Shown: positions 46,945-60,270 of the stretch, piece after piece
How positions within the stretch are numbered: the first letter of the stretch is position 1
Layout of the letters: the number at the start of each line of letters is the position of its first letter
NCBI RefSeq assembly: GCF_963921235.1
Contig: NC_086107.1
Coordinates: 50,592,001 to 50,656,000 of the forward strand
DNA length: 64,000 nt
Origin: Mobula hypostoma
Taxonomy: Eukaryota
Direction of reading: 5' to 3'
Position numbers and translations under genes: made by a program
Notes under the pieces: generated by a model
Database searches by the model: none
What the model saw: only the letters and a program-made list of their open reading frames with translations
What the model was told of the DNA's origin: nothing

Positions 46945-48500
46945 CTCAATTCCGCTCATTCACATTGACTCAAGGTCCTCAAAGCCATCCAGATGTTCCC
47001 TCTTCATTCTGAGCAGCCATGGGCCATGGATTCACAAGAGCCAGTGGGGATGTTGCAGTTTCTCAAGGAGTGTTTGAGAACATCCTTAAACATTTTCCTC
47101 TGTCTGTGTGATAATCTCTTCTCATGACAGAATTAGGAAAAGAGTGCTTGTTTGCTGAGGGTTGTAATGGATATCGTCTGCTGAATGAATCCACCAGACT
47201 CTGGTTAGACCCTCCCTGTTGGGAAGGTTCTTCTGGGTTCCTCTATCCTTCCAGTAGGTTTGGAAAATTTTGTGGAGTCGGAGGTGAGGACATCTGTCCA
47301 GGATTTCAAGGTGTTTGCTACAGTTAGTCAAAGCCTCCGAAAACTACAAGTGGTCAGGGATCACCACAGCCCAGTAGACTTATGGTTTTGTGTGGGCCTA
47401 AAATCATAACCTTCAAACACTCTTTCCTTAATAGGCCAAAGGTGATGTCAGTACACTAAAGGCCGTGATAAATTTTATCATGGATATATGCCTTTGTTGG
47501 CAGGTGGAACTAAGCGTAGCTCATAGATTCCATAGTTTCTCCATCAATGTTTGTTGTTGTAGGGTGGCGTTGCCTTGCAGGATCTGGTTGGTAAATGATT
47601 AATGCCTTGTGGGTGTTGATAGATGTCCAGTTTTCTCATATATCTCAGTGCAGAGGTGAAAGATGATTTGGAGCTCAGTCTCTCAACTTGAACAAACACA
47701 TTTACTTTCTATGTGCCACAGCATATCTCCTGAGATTGTGTTGACCTTGCTTCTGGAGTGAAGACAACAGAGTTTGAAGAGCTTTCCATTAATCATATAA
47801 ATTCATTTTATACCTGTGAAGTACATGAGGAGAATTGAACAAGACTACAGGCACCTAAATCCCAGGGACTGGCAGAAAAGCCATAACTTGTGGAATAGAT
47901 GGTGGTTGCAGAGAGTGCAGGAGGCTTAAAAACTCACTGATGACCATAACTTGTACACATTCTTTCGCTGTGTCAAGCCATCAATGGTCCAAATACCCAA
48001 GTCCCTAAGCCACTAAAAGCCAAGACAGAGTGTTAAAGATACAGTATCTTATAAACTTATCAAAGATAAAGAGACAGTGAAGGGAAGGATTACTTTGGAA
48101 GAACACTCCTCTATTGTAACTCTGTCTTTGAATTGACTGTCTTTGAATCCATACTCTACTTCACAACTCATTCAGTTCATCCAGCTTGTGCCAATCCTGA
48201 CCACAAAGAATTTTTTAAAAAGTCATCCGGCAATCTACCAGGCCTTGGGAGCATATAGTATTGCTGATAAAATTCTGAAAGTCATGTGAAGAACATCAAT
48301 CATATGACATTTCTTTTAGCTTCAGACATGGTATCTGGCCTCAAAATCATGACAGGATTCTGACTGCTATCCTGGAATCTACGCTCTAAGGTCATAATGA
48401 GTGAGGCAGGAAATGATCTCATCTTCATAATTAAAAGGCTGGACTACTTTTTTCACAAAATTGTGCTCCTATCAGGTACCTCAGCAACCAGGAAAATTTA
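46945..48500 (-). mobile_element. Highly decayed RTE-clade LINE
   Basis: Minus strand fragments VFEGYDFRP.., KHLEILDRCPHLRLHKIFQTYWKDR resemble the RTE RT C-terminus; an RTE-like 3' end lies near 46945-47100. Confidence 0.55.
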
Positions 48501-49817
48501 TCGGGAATTTTTAGGCCACTGTAAAAGTTGATCTCCAGTGATAGGCTCCTAGACAGAAGCAGCACTCATAAAACACAGGCTTCACTGTCAAGTGCAGTAT
48601 TTTCACTTTTACAGACAACTATTACTATACATCTCCACCATGAAGCTTAACATCTGATTCTCCACCAGTGAATAATAGAGTCAAAGTAAATGTCATATTA
48701 TAAATTCCTTAATATGTTCTAAACAGTCCAATTATATTATAAATCTGAAAGTAAATTTGCTCTTGTACTTCGCCAATCACGTACCACCACTATCTGTAAG
48801 CACTTCAAATACATCCACCAATGTCCTGAGAAATTATTCAATTCTCTGAAAGCTTTTATTATATTTATGACTGAAATATATATCAAAAGCATGCAGAAAT
48901 GACTGAGCCTATAAAGGTATAAAATGACAATGTCTTATTGTCCGTGTATCTCTTTGACCCAACTAGTGGCAATTTAGAGGGAACATGCATGCAACCCTGC
49001 ACAGGTTACAATAGAATAGGTGACCTGGAAGATTCATGAATAAACTGTAAAATACTTGGGTAATTATTTTACCAGTCACATCACTGGCGTGATTACAGAA
49101 TCTTCTCTTGTTATTATGCGACTTGCAGAATTCAACAAATTTTTTCTCTTTATATTTTCATTTACGGTCTCCCCTCTCTATCATTTATACATGCTGCTTC
49201 AATTCTCAATGTCTCGACACCATTACCCTGATAACTGATCCGTTCCCTGTAACCTGCTGTTCTCATCACATAGCTGTGCAAGAGCAGGTCATGATGACTC
49301 ATTCGCAGATCTTCTGCACAGATTTTTTTTTGGCCATCACGTGTACAGGTGAGTTACTACAGATGATTCGATATCACTCACTTCCATTCTCCAGACAAAA
49401 TCTTCTACTGTGCAATGTGACGTTTTAGTGTGCTGCATGATTGAATTTCTCCATGTAATTCTTGTCAGCGGACCTGTGTCTATGACAAGTGTGCACACAG
49501 TACACACGTATGGTTAGCATCGATCTTCATGCAACACCCGTTTTAATCTCCTTTCTGAAATCTTATCACAAGCCATTAATTGTGAAACAACATGGGCATT
49601 CACAGAGAACTATTTCCATATATTATATTTCCTTATGGTTTAGATGGAAGCCATTTAGGCCCCTTCCTGAGTCTGTTGAGAAGGCAAACGCAATCATTCT
49701 AGAGTAAGAAGAAGAGAAGGAGTCGTTCTCAGACACTGTCACTAAAGAGTCAACAAGAAGTCATTCTCCTACCCTTGTTCTCGCAAAAGTACTTCATTCA
49801 ATGACTAAGGTTTTGAA

Positions 49818-52375
49818 GATAGACAATAGACAATAGGTGCAGGAGTAGGCCATTCGGCCCTTTGAGCCAGCATCGCCATTCACTGTGATCATGACTGATC
49901 ATCCACTATCAGTATCCAGTTCCTGCCTTATCCCCATAACCTTTGATTCCACTCTCTTTAAGAGCTATATCCATCTCTTTTTTGAAAGCATCTAGAGACT
50001 TGGCCTCCACAGCCTTCTGGGGCAGAGCATTCCATATATCCACCACTCTCTGGGTGAAAAAGTTTTTCCTCAACTCTGTTCTAAATGGCCTACCCCTAAT
50101 TCTTAAACTGTGGCCTCTGGTTCTGGATTCACCCATCAGCGGGAACATGCTTCCTGCCTGCAGCATGTCCAATCCCTTAATGATCTTAGATGTTTCAATA
50201 AGATCCCCTCTCAGCCTTCTAAATTCCAGAGTATACAAGCCTAGTCGCTCCAATCTTTTGACATATGACAGTCTCGCCATCCCGGGAATTAACCTTGTGA
50301 ACCTACGCTGCATTCCTTCAATAGCAAGAATGTCCTTCCTCAAATTTGGAGACCAAAACTGCACACAGTACTCCAGGTGTGGTCTCACCAGGGCCCTGTA
50401 CAGCTGCAGAAGGACCTTTTTGCTCTTATACTCAATTCCCCTTGTTATGAAGGCCAGCATGCCATTAGCTTTCTTCACTGCCTGCTGTACTTGCATGCTT
50501 GCTTTCAGTGACTGATGTACAAGAACACCTAGATCTCGTTGTGCTTCCCCTTTTCCTAACTTGACTTCATTTAGATAATAATCTGCCTTCCCGTTCTTAC
50601 CACCAAAGTGGATAACCTCACATTTATCCACATTAAACTGCATCCGCCATGCATCTGCCCACTCACCCAGCCTGTCCAAGTCACCCTGCATTCTTATAAC
50701 ATCCTCCTCACATTCCACACTGCCACCCAGCTTTGTGTCATCGGCAAATCTGCTAATGTTGCTTTTAATTCCCTCATATAAATCATTAATATATATTGTA
50801 AACAGCTGCGGTCCCAGCACTGAACCCTGCGGTACCCCACTGGTCACCGCCTGCCATTCTAAAAGAGACCCGTTAATCGCTATTCTGTTTTCTGTCAGCC
50901 AGCCAATTTTCAATCCATGTCAGTACTCTGCCCCCAATACCATGTGCCCTAATTTTGCCCACTAATCTCCTATGTGGGACTTTAACAAAGGCTTTCTGAA
51001 AGTCCAGGTACACTACATCCACTGGATCTCCCTTGTCCATTTTCATAGTTACGTCCTCAAAAAATCCCACAAGATCAGTCAAGCACGATTTCCCCTTCGT
51101 AAATCCATGCTGACTCGGACCAATCCTGTTACTACTATGTGCCGTAATTTCATCTTTTATAATTGACTCCAGCATCTTTCCCACCACTGATGTCAGGCCA
51201 ACCTGTCTATAATTCCCTGTTTTCTCTCTTCCTCCCTTCTTGAAGAGGGGGACAACATTAGCCACCCTCCAATCCACAGGAACTGATCCTGAATCTATAG
51301 AACATTGGAAAATAATTACCAATGCGTCCACGATTTCTAAAGCCACCTCCTTAAGTACACTGGGATGCAGACCATCAGGTCCCGGGGACTTATCAGCCTT
51401 CAGACCCAACAGCCTATCCAACACCATTTCCTACCTAATATAAATTTCCTTCAATTCATCTATTACCCTAGGTCCTTTGGCCATTATTACATCTGGGAGA
51501 TCATTTGTGTCTTCCCTAGTGAAGACAGATCCAAAGTACCTATTCAACTCGTCTGCCATTTCCTTGTTCCCCATAATAAATTCATCCGCTTCTGCCTTCA
51601 AGGGCCTAATTTTGGTCTTAACTATTTTTTTTCTTTTCACATACCTAAAGAAGCTTTTACCATCCTCCTTTATATTCTTGGCTAGTTTACCTTCGTACCT
51701 CATTTTTTCTCCATGTATTGCCTTTTTAGTTACCTTCTGTTGCTCTTTAAAAGTTTCCCAATCCTCCGACTTCCCACTCGTCTTTGCTATGTTATACTTC
51801 ATCTCTTTTATTTTTATACTGTCCATTACTTCCCTTGTCAGCCACAGCCTCCCCTTACTCCCCTTAGGATCTTTCTTCCTCTTTGGAACAAACTGACCCT
51901 GCACCTTCCGCGTTATTCCCAGAAACACTTGCCATTGCTGTTCCACTGTCATCCCTGCTAGGGTATTGTTCCATTGAACTTTGGCCAGCTCCTCCCTCAT
52001 AGCACTATAGTTCCCTTTGTTCAACTGTAATACTGACACTTCCGAGTTTCCCTTCTCCCTCTCAAATTGCAGATTAAGACTTATCATATTATGGTCACTA
52101 CCTCCTAATGGCTCCTTTACCTTGAGGTCTCTGATCAAATCCGGTTCATTGTACAACACTAAATCTAGAATTGCGTTCTCTCTGGTAGGCTCCAGTACAA
52201 GCTGTTCTAAGAATCCATCTCGGAGGGACTCCACAAACTCCCCTTCTTGGGTCCAGTACCAACCTGATTCCTCCAGTCTATCTGCATGTTGAAGCTCCCC
52301 CATAACAACTGTAGCATTACCTTTGCGACATGCCAATTTTAACTCTTGATTCAACTTACACCCTACATCCAGACT
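49818..52375 (-). mobile_element. CR1 LINE, 5'-truncated, relatively young (APE part + RT)
   Basis: ORFs 51431-52354 (LGGSDHN), 50873-51427 (SPGPDGLHP, YLDFQKAF) and 49909-50913 (GVPQGSVLGP, FADD); (ATTGTCT)n tail. Confidence 0.95.
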
Positions 52376-53666
52376 AGATCAGAGGTGACAAAGTGTTCTT
52401 CTGCAGTCACATACTTTTTCCTGAACTGTACTGCCCTCGGTCACTATCATCTCAAATTTCTTAGCTTCTGCATTATTCCAGATATTAGTCATCACAGACA
52501 CAGGATCATGCAAGGATTGCTATGTTCTGAAGGATTCAAGCAGTGACAGGTTACACTTATATGGGGCTCCCTGTGTGGAAACTATGAACCATTAGGCCTG
52601 TAATTGAGACTCACTGAAATTGGTCATTCTATTGATAATTAAATGGTCTGTAAGCTGCAAATATTTGCAGCCAGTCATTAGAAAACCACCATAATACCTT
52701 CATTCTGGCAACCAAAATACTGCATGGTTCCATTTGTATTGTACGTCTGGCAAAGCAAACATTTTGCAAACACATTCTGATATGTCATGCAGTGACCTAT
52801 GTTTTCTGCAGCAGTGCAAGAAGCTTTGTCAATGCAGTATTGATGGTTTTATATTCTGAAATCAGCAATATAACTCTTTCTTCAATTCCAGCATCAACAC
52901 CTTCAAACTCCTTGCTCTTGACTTCACTTTTTTAATATATCATTCCACTCTCAAACAGGTCATTTCCAGCACTGCATCCTCAGCTTCAACCTTATCTCAT
53001 GTAGTAATTAGAGTAAAAATTTTTAAAATATATATTTTCAGACACTTGTGCCATTTCACATAACAAATGTTACCAATGTTAGTTCTTGACTTCTGTTTGG
53101 CTCTACCTTAAGTCCTCTATTTCTGATATCTTTGAAATTTTTGTCACTGTTGTTCTGATGCTCAGAACTGCATGAAAAACCTGTTGCCAGTAAATAATTT
53201 GAATAATTGGGTAGCTGTCTTCATTCTCAATTCAGGACAGTGTTTGTGCTTTGTATGTGCAAATGGATTGAAAGCACTGGTGACACCACCATTCCAATCC
53301 TTCACTCCAGTTTTACTTATCAGCCCCCTTGGATATGAGTCATTATGTAGATGGATTAGGATGTATTATGAATGTATAGGCTCAATGTCTTTTGGCAATA
53401 TTATTTTAAAGGCTGCCGCTTGGAAAAAGACTTGCAAAATGTGGAATCAATAACCAGTTAATACTATAGTAGGCTGAATACTCCAGTAAAATAGAAAAAG
53501 ATAATTATTAATTCTGTAATCTGTTCATTATGATTATTAGCCTGTAATAAATTTCATTTTTTTTTATTTCATGTCACAGGGAAGGAGGTGACAATGATAT
53601 TAACCTATCTTAGCACCAGGACTACTGACCAAATGTTGGAAGAACTTTAATGATCTGAAGAAGATA

Positions 53667-54960
53667 CAGTTGCAAGAAAAAGTCTGTGAACCCTTTGCAA
53701 TTACCTGGTTCTCTGCATTCATTACATACAGAATATGGCCTTTTCTTCATCTAAGTCACAATAATAGACTAATACAATCTACCTAAACCAATATCCCATA
53801 AACAATCATACTTCTTCTTCTCAACATTGAGTACACCACTTAAACAATCACAGTCTAGGTACAAAAACGTATATGAACCTTTGGGGTAATGCCTTCTGCA
53901 AAGTTATTTGATGTTGTGTGTCCCATTCAATGAGACGAGATTGGAGGTGTGGGTTGTAGAGGTGCCTTGCCTTATAAGAAGACACACAAGGTCAGGTTAC
54001 TGACAGAACCGGATCTTCTCAAGAAAGATCTGTTAATGTGCACCATGCAGCAATCAAAACAGCTTTCAGATTACCTTAGAAGAAGAATAGTAGAGATACA
54101 TGAAGCTGGAAAAGGCTACAAAGGCATTTCTAAAGACCTGAGAGTTCATCAGTCCACAGTAAGAGCAATTGTCTACAAATGGAGGAAATTTAGTACTGTT
54201 GCTATTCTCCCTAGCAGAGGGTATCCTGCAAAGATCACACCAGGAGCACAACATACAATGCTGAAAGAGGTGAAATAGAACCCAAGGGTAACAGCAAAAG
54301 ACCTGCAGAGATGTCTAGAACCTGCTAAAGTATCTGTTTATATGTCCACGATAAGAAAAATACTCAACAAGAATTGTGTTCCTGGAAGGAAACCAGTGCT
54401 CTCCAAAATATATATTACTGCACTTCTCAACTTTGCAAAAGACAAACCTGCATGTTCCACAACTTCTGGGACAATGTTCTGTGGACAGATGAGATGATAG
54501 TTGTCTAATTTTCATCAAAAGACAAGGGTAAATCAACCTTAGATCAACTAAGATGCTGTGGTATGGTCTGAAGAGGGCTGTTCATGCAAGATATTTCTGA
54601 GATATTGATGAACTGAAACAGTTTTGTATGCACAATGGTCTAATATTCCTCCTCACCATTGTGCAAGTCTGATCAGCAGCTACAGGAAATGTTTGGCGGA
54701 GGTTATTGCTGCTAAAGGAGGAAGTTCTATCAGTTATTGAATACAAGGGTTCACATACTTTTTCCAGCCTAGACTCTGAATGACTAAACAATATGCTCAA
54801 TAAAGATATGAAAAGTATAATTTTTAGTGTAGTTTTAGGTTTAGGCAGATTGTCTATCATTGTGACTCAGATGAAGATCAGACCACATTTTATGAGTAAT
54901 TAATGCAGTAAACCAGGTACAGTAACTGAGAAGGTAAATTTCAACTTTTTCTTGCAACTG
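53667..54960 (+). mobile_element. Tc1-family DNA transposon with long IR/DR-type TIRs, internally deleted
   Basis: Ends CAGTTGCAAGAAAAAGT / ACTTTTTCTTGCAACTG with TA on both sides. ~200-bp imperfect TIRs with inner direct repeats (~53863, ~54746). Transposase remnant SKQLS..LRRRIV..HEAGKGYK.ISK.L, WDNVLWTDE. Confidence 0.92.
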
Positions 54961-56444
54961 TAGATAAGGTTATCTGGCTGGCCACTTCCCATTTCCTTTT
55001 TTTTTGACATACACTAGCATGCATAGCATTTATAAATTAATGCACCAGTGAAAAAGGCCAAGACGTCTGTAACAGCTCTGGGAAATAGTTTCCAAATTAA
55101 CTTCACATTCTGCTTATCCTTGTATATCACTTCTTACCAGCAAGGATGTGATAGAGGTAGGTACACGAAGAACACTGTAGAACAATGAGATGAACACTGG
55201 AAATTTGTTGGGCCAAGAGCTGCAAGATGGGATAGTGCAGATAGGTGCCAAATGGCCAACATGAACACAGTGTGTCGTTTGACTTTATGACTCCATTTAT
55301 CGAATTCCCTTCAGAAAATGAATTGAAACAGCTTCCACACACAATTCAGACTCTGCAGCACAAAGATTCCAGGTCATAGCAATGCTGCTGCTAAGTTTTT
55401 TTCTGTCAAAATCATCTCTATTTCTTTTACGATTTGCTTCCAACCTGTGTACTCAGGCTAACAATTCTTTCTGCCATTGAAAGAGTCTCCCCATATTCCA
55501 TGAAAAATATATTATGATTTTCAATGCTTCTCCGTTGGAGCACCAATGAACAGTTTTGAGGAGTTTTCTATTGGTTAAAAGAATTGATGCTCACATTATA
55601 ATATAAAATATATACCAAAATTATTCAAATTTACTTCCAACATTCTTTGCTCCAAAAGCAAACCAGTTTCCATTCTCTTTTAAATAATTGAAATCTGTCA
55701 TCCTTGTTACCATTTTAATGAATTTATTCTGCATCTGAGCAAAGGATCTGACATCTTTCCTATAGCATCAAATCCAAAAATGGACACAAAACTGCTGCTA
55801 GAGCTAATCCGCATTATAAAAACACATCAAGACATTCTTGCTTAATTACGTGCAACCCCTGAGTTCAGGTGTCTTAATTTATTCTCCCACCAATAAATAT
55901 TTCTGCACATCCATTTGCAGGTCCCTCTCCCTTGCTGAAACCTTTTCTGAAACTGTGCTATTTATTTTCAATTGCCCCTTTCTATCTTCCTATTCAAATT
56001 AATTACTTTTATGACTCTCGGTTAAAATACATCTGCCATCTGTCTTCCTTTTCATCCTCACAGCTCTTCAGTGGTTACTTCATTTCTGAGACCTCTGTCA
56101 TCTAAAATCTGAAACCCATGCTCTATCAAGAATGCATATCAAAATATCAATGGTGTCAAACCTGAACTCTGGTGGACACCACTGTACTTTCTTCCCTTCT
56201 AAAAGTATCGTGTCCTTTTTTTTGTTGCTCAGTCAATGTAATATCCAAAATGCAACATGTCATTAATCCTATTGAATTTAACTTTGCTGTCATATAAAAA
56301 GCACAACTATAGTCCAATAGAGATAAATGGTGGAAAGAATTTACAAGATTTTTAAATGCTATCACTCCTAAAAGCAAACCCTCATTTTAAAAGATTAAAA
56401 TCCTTAACAAAATAATGTCTCTGCATCTGATATCCATTGGAACT

Positions 56445-56566
56445 TACACAAAAAGGGTTGTGGGTAACCCTAGGTAATTTCTAAAGTAAGTACATTTTCG
56501 GTGCAGCACTGTGGGCCGAAGGGCCTGTATTGTGCTGCAGGTTTTCTATGTTTTTCTATGTTTCTA
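56445..56566 (+). mobile_element. CR1 3' UTR fragment
   Basis: GTGGGCCGAAGGGCCTGTATTGTGCTGCAGG + (TTTCTATG)n; matches the reverse complement of 7843-7935. Confidence 0.8.
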
Positions 56567-57134
56567 AACTTAGGTTAAAAATGATACTCCTATTATATCA
56601 CCAAGAATGGTGACCTTAAGAAATGGTAGAGTTTGAGAAAGAGGTATGAACTAAAGATCGATAAAAAGGGTGTAAATGGACCATAAAAAAAATCATATGA
56701 AATCCCATAAACATAAAAACTGGAAAGAAGGAACATTCGTCGGAGGCAGAAAAAAAAAGATCATAATGTAGAATAAGGAAATGGTTGAATCAGTAAAATA
56801 GTTTTTTTCTCAAGTTTCATTCCAGAAGAAATCAAAAGCAAACAAGATACAGTAAACCTCTAATAACGCAGCGCTCTCTTGACTTTGGTGGTGATGGTTC
56901 AGCAATTTTCCAAACCACTGGATGCTTTTCTCATCAATACCACAGCACATTTTCAATATACTTCTTTTGCATGTTACACAGTATTATCATAAATTTCCCC
57001 GTGAAACAGGTAACATTTAAAAGGAGTGTGAGAAACCAGATATTGGTCAATTGAAAAACCACGCAGGAACCAGAGTCCCAGTGAATTCAATAAGAGTACA
57101 TGAAGCAAGTCCCAGGCACTTCAGAAGGGTAAAT

Positions 57135-57760
57135 GCAAACAGAAACCTTGTTTGGCATTGGAGGAACACAGCGAGTTAGGCAGCACCTAAGGAGGGGAAT
57201 AAATCACCAAAGTTCCAGGCTGAGGCCCTTCGTCAAGACTGGAAAGGGAGAAAAAGCCAGAATAAGAAGGTGGGGGTGGAGAAGGGGAACATGGTAGCAG
57301 CTAATAGGTGAAACCAGGTGAGAGGGCAGGTAGATAGGTGAGAGAGGGGTGATGAATTAAGAAGCTGATATATGATAGGTTGACAAAAAAGAGGTGAAGA
57401 GAAAAGTATCTGATAGAAGGGGACAGCAAATCATGGAGAAAGGGACAGAGGAGGGGCACCAGAGGGAAGTGATGGGTGTGTTATCAGTGTAGACTTGGAA
57501 CATGGACTGTTCTACATAGCCAATGAAGAAGCAGGCATTGCTGCAGTCCACAGGGACAGAGAAAGTGGGAGGAGCTGAAAGAGAAATTGTTGAGGGTAAA
57601 ATCCAGTTCTGCCAGACAGGGAAGGAGACTGGTGGAGGGAAACGAGTTAGGTATGTTGTCCAGAAAGGTGTAGAGAACTTTAAGGCCTTCCTGATGGAAG
57701 ATAGAATTGTAAAGAGATTGGATCTCCATAGTGAAAATGAGGGAGTCTGGTCCAGGGGAT
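57135..57760 (-). mobile_element. Decayed, internally deleted Penelope-like element
   Basis: IQSLYNSIFHQEGLK, FTLNNFSF, ACFFIGYVEQSMFQ; degenerate hammerhead at ~57205-57240. Confidence 0.8.
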
Positions 57761-58299
57761 TTAAAGTGATTATAGTGATTGAGTAAATATTATCTAGTGA
57801 ATGAGATGCCAATCCATTGGGAGTTCTAAATGCTTGCATAGCATATTATTGGATCTTTACGGTATACGAGGAAGAAGGTTTTACTTAAATAATTAACATT
57901 AGTAGGAATTTTTAACACTGCAAAAGGATGAAAAATCCCCTGCATTTGCTGACCTATATTGTCCAATATATCTTGTATGGAAAATATTGGATGAATTAAA
58001 AGCATTTTCACAATATACACTCATACCTGCTCTTACTTTCTGACCAGCCTCTTCTCAGACCATCTTCCATACATCTCACCTTTGGTGAGGTCCAATCCTC
58101 TCATACCTAAACTAAACCTTATTCAGACAAGGTCTGGATCACCAAAAATAGGGACATTATCTCCAATTACCACATGGCTCTAGAGGCCCTCTTGTATGCC
58201 TTTCTATGCCATCCAGCCCAGGTCTGACTTCATTGGTGGGGTAGTAGTACACATTAGTCTTACAAAATAATATAATATGCAAGTTAATCTTGCAGACTA

Positions 58300-59600
58300 T
58301 ATCTCTAAATGTGCATCATGTCCTATTTCACAAATTGGCTGATGATATAAAGCTAGGTAGACAGGAGCTGTGCCAGGAGCCAAAACAAGGATTAGTGCCG
58401 AAGCCTCGATTATGTACAATTATGTACATGAAAGGTTTAAAGATAAGATTGTTTGTACCCTAGTCAGATTTGCTGATAATACAAAGACAGGTGGATTAGC
58501 TTGTTATAAAGTGGACACAAAGAGCCTGCAAAGAGTTAGAGAAAGATTAAATCAATGGCATTTATTGGCGGATGAAATATAATATGAGGTTAACCACTTT
58601 GTCAAGGAAAATAACAGAACATGCAATTATTTAAATGTTCTTGCAAAATGTTGCAGCACAAAGTGATCTGAGAATCCTTGAATATGGAGCACAAGAAGTT
58701 ATCATGCAAGTATAGCAAGTGTTTGGTATGCCTGCTGGAGTTCTGACCTTCACTGTAAGTGGAAATGAATTTGCAGGGCATTAAAGAGACTGCGTCCAAA
58801 TGTCTGTATAGGTTTGGTCGCCATAGGTAAGGAATGATAGACTTGAATTCAAGGCAGTGGAAAGAAGGTTCACAAGATTGATCCCTGGGATGAATGTTTT
58901 GAATTATCATGAATGTTTGAGACCTATGTACATCGAATTTTAGAAAACTAGGAGGTGATTTTATTGAAACATGAAACATTTTGAGGGGATATTGAAATTA
59001 ACAATGATCAGAACTAATCATTCTTTTGTTTGTTATCCATTTATAATAATACCTCACGTCTTCTCTCTCTACTAACTCTGCCAGACAAGATGGGATTTTA
59101 TACATCTCTTACTTGCATTGCACCCCTTATTTGTTTTCTCCCTCTCTAACTGTTCTCATTAATCTATTAATCAATCAGACAGGTTTACCAACAGCTTACC
59201 ACTCTGAAATACAGCCCTTACCCTGTTCAGAGATATTCTCTCACAGAAACCTTCTGCAAATTAAGAACAAACCTTGTTTTCATTCTTTATTAATTCTGAT
59301 GCTGGATTTTTAAACCAAAACAAAAGTTGTGTTACTCTTTCTATTCACGTGGTCTGATCTGCTGAATGTCTCCAGCATTTTCTGTTTTCATTTACCTTTT
59401 CTGAGGGGGATTGACAAAGTGAATTTTTAGACAGATTTTTTCCCCAGGAGGGGAAAGTAGGAGACATATTTGAGAACAAGGTGTGACCTACTTAAAATGA
59501 TGAGGAGAGGTATCCTCTCCCAGAGAATTCACTACTCCAGATAGTTGTGGAAATGGAGTAATTGAGCATACTAAAGGCAAATCCATTTGAATTAGAAATA
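58300..59600 (+). mobile_element. Highly decayed CR1 fragments
   Basis: RFADNTKTGG, RRFTRLIPG and LGGDFIET remnants. Confidence 0.6.
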
Positions 59601-59619
59601 TATACATATTAAAATGTTC

Positions 59620-60270
59620 AATAAACCAATGGTCCTCAGCCATTAACAAACCAGAAAGCCCATAGTTTTTGTCAAACTGGAGACCAACCACAGCCCTAGC
59701 CTAGATCACCAGTAGGTTTGCTCGCCATGGTGTCTGACTGACAATGGAAAGTCAATCTTGGTAAGCAATTAAAGTTCCCTGACTTCATCGCTTCATCATC
59801 CCTCAGGCCTGACATGGTCATTCTTTCAGAAATCTCGAAGCAGGCGATCGTGATAGAACTCAGTGCCTTGGGAAGACCAAATTGAGGAGGTGTTTGAACA
59901 TAAGAAATCCAAATGCCAGGAGGTGGTAGAGTAGTACCAGAGACAGGAGTGGAGGGCACAATGCAAGCCTATAGAAATGGGTTGCAGAGGTTTTGCTGGC
60001 TGTTCACTGTGCAGAACCTACGCTCTCCTTGGCATTATGTGGGCTGCAAAGAAACGATCCATCAGACTATCACAGAGGCTGCTAAACGAGCCTCCAGGTC
60101 GCTATGGATCAAGTGCTTTGATCTTTGACCAACATTGCTCGGACACAAGCCAGTGTCTGTCAACCCTTTGGGCGAGAGTGCCTAATGTTGAAAGACCCGA
60201 AACACCCAATGACCCCAGATTACATCACTGATGATGTGTTCCAGTGCATCCTAAGAGATTTCTCAGCATC
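59620..60270 (+). mobile_element. 3' fragment of an RLE-endonuclease LINE (Hero/R2-like)
   Basis: LRPDMVILSEISKQAIVIELS.PWE (PD..E motif), GCRGFAG, ITEAAKRASRSLWIK; same 3' UTR as 43860-44240. Confidence 0.75.
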
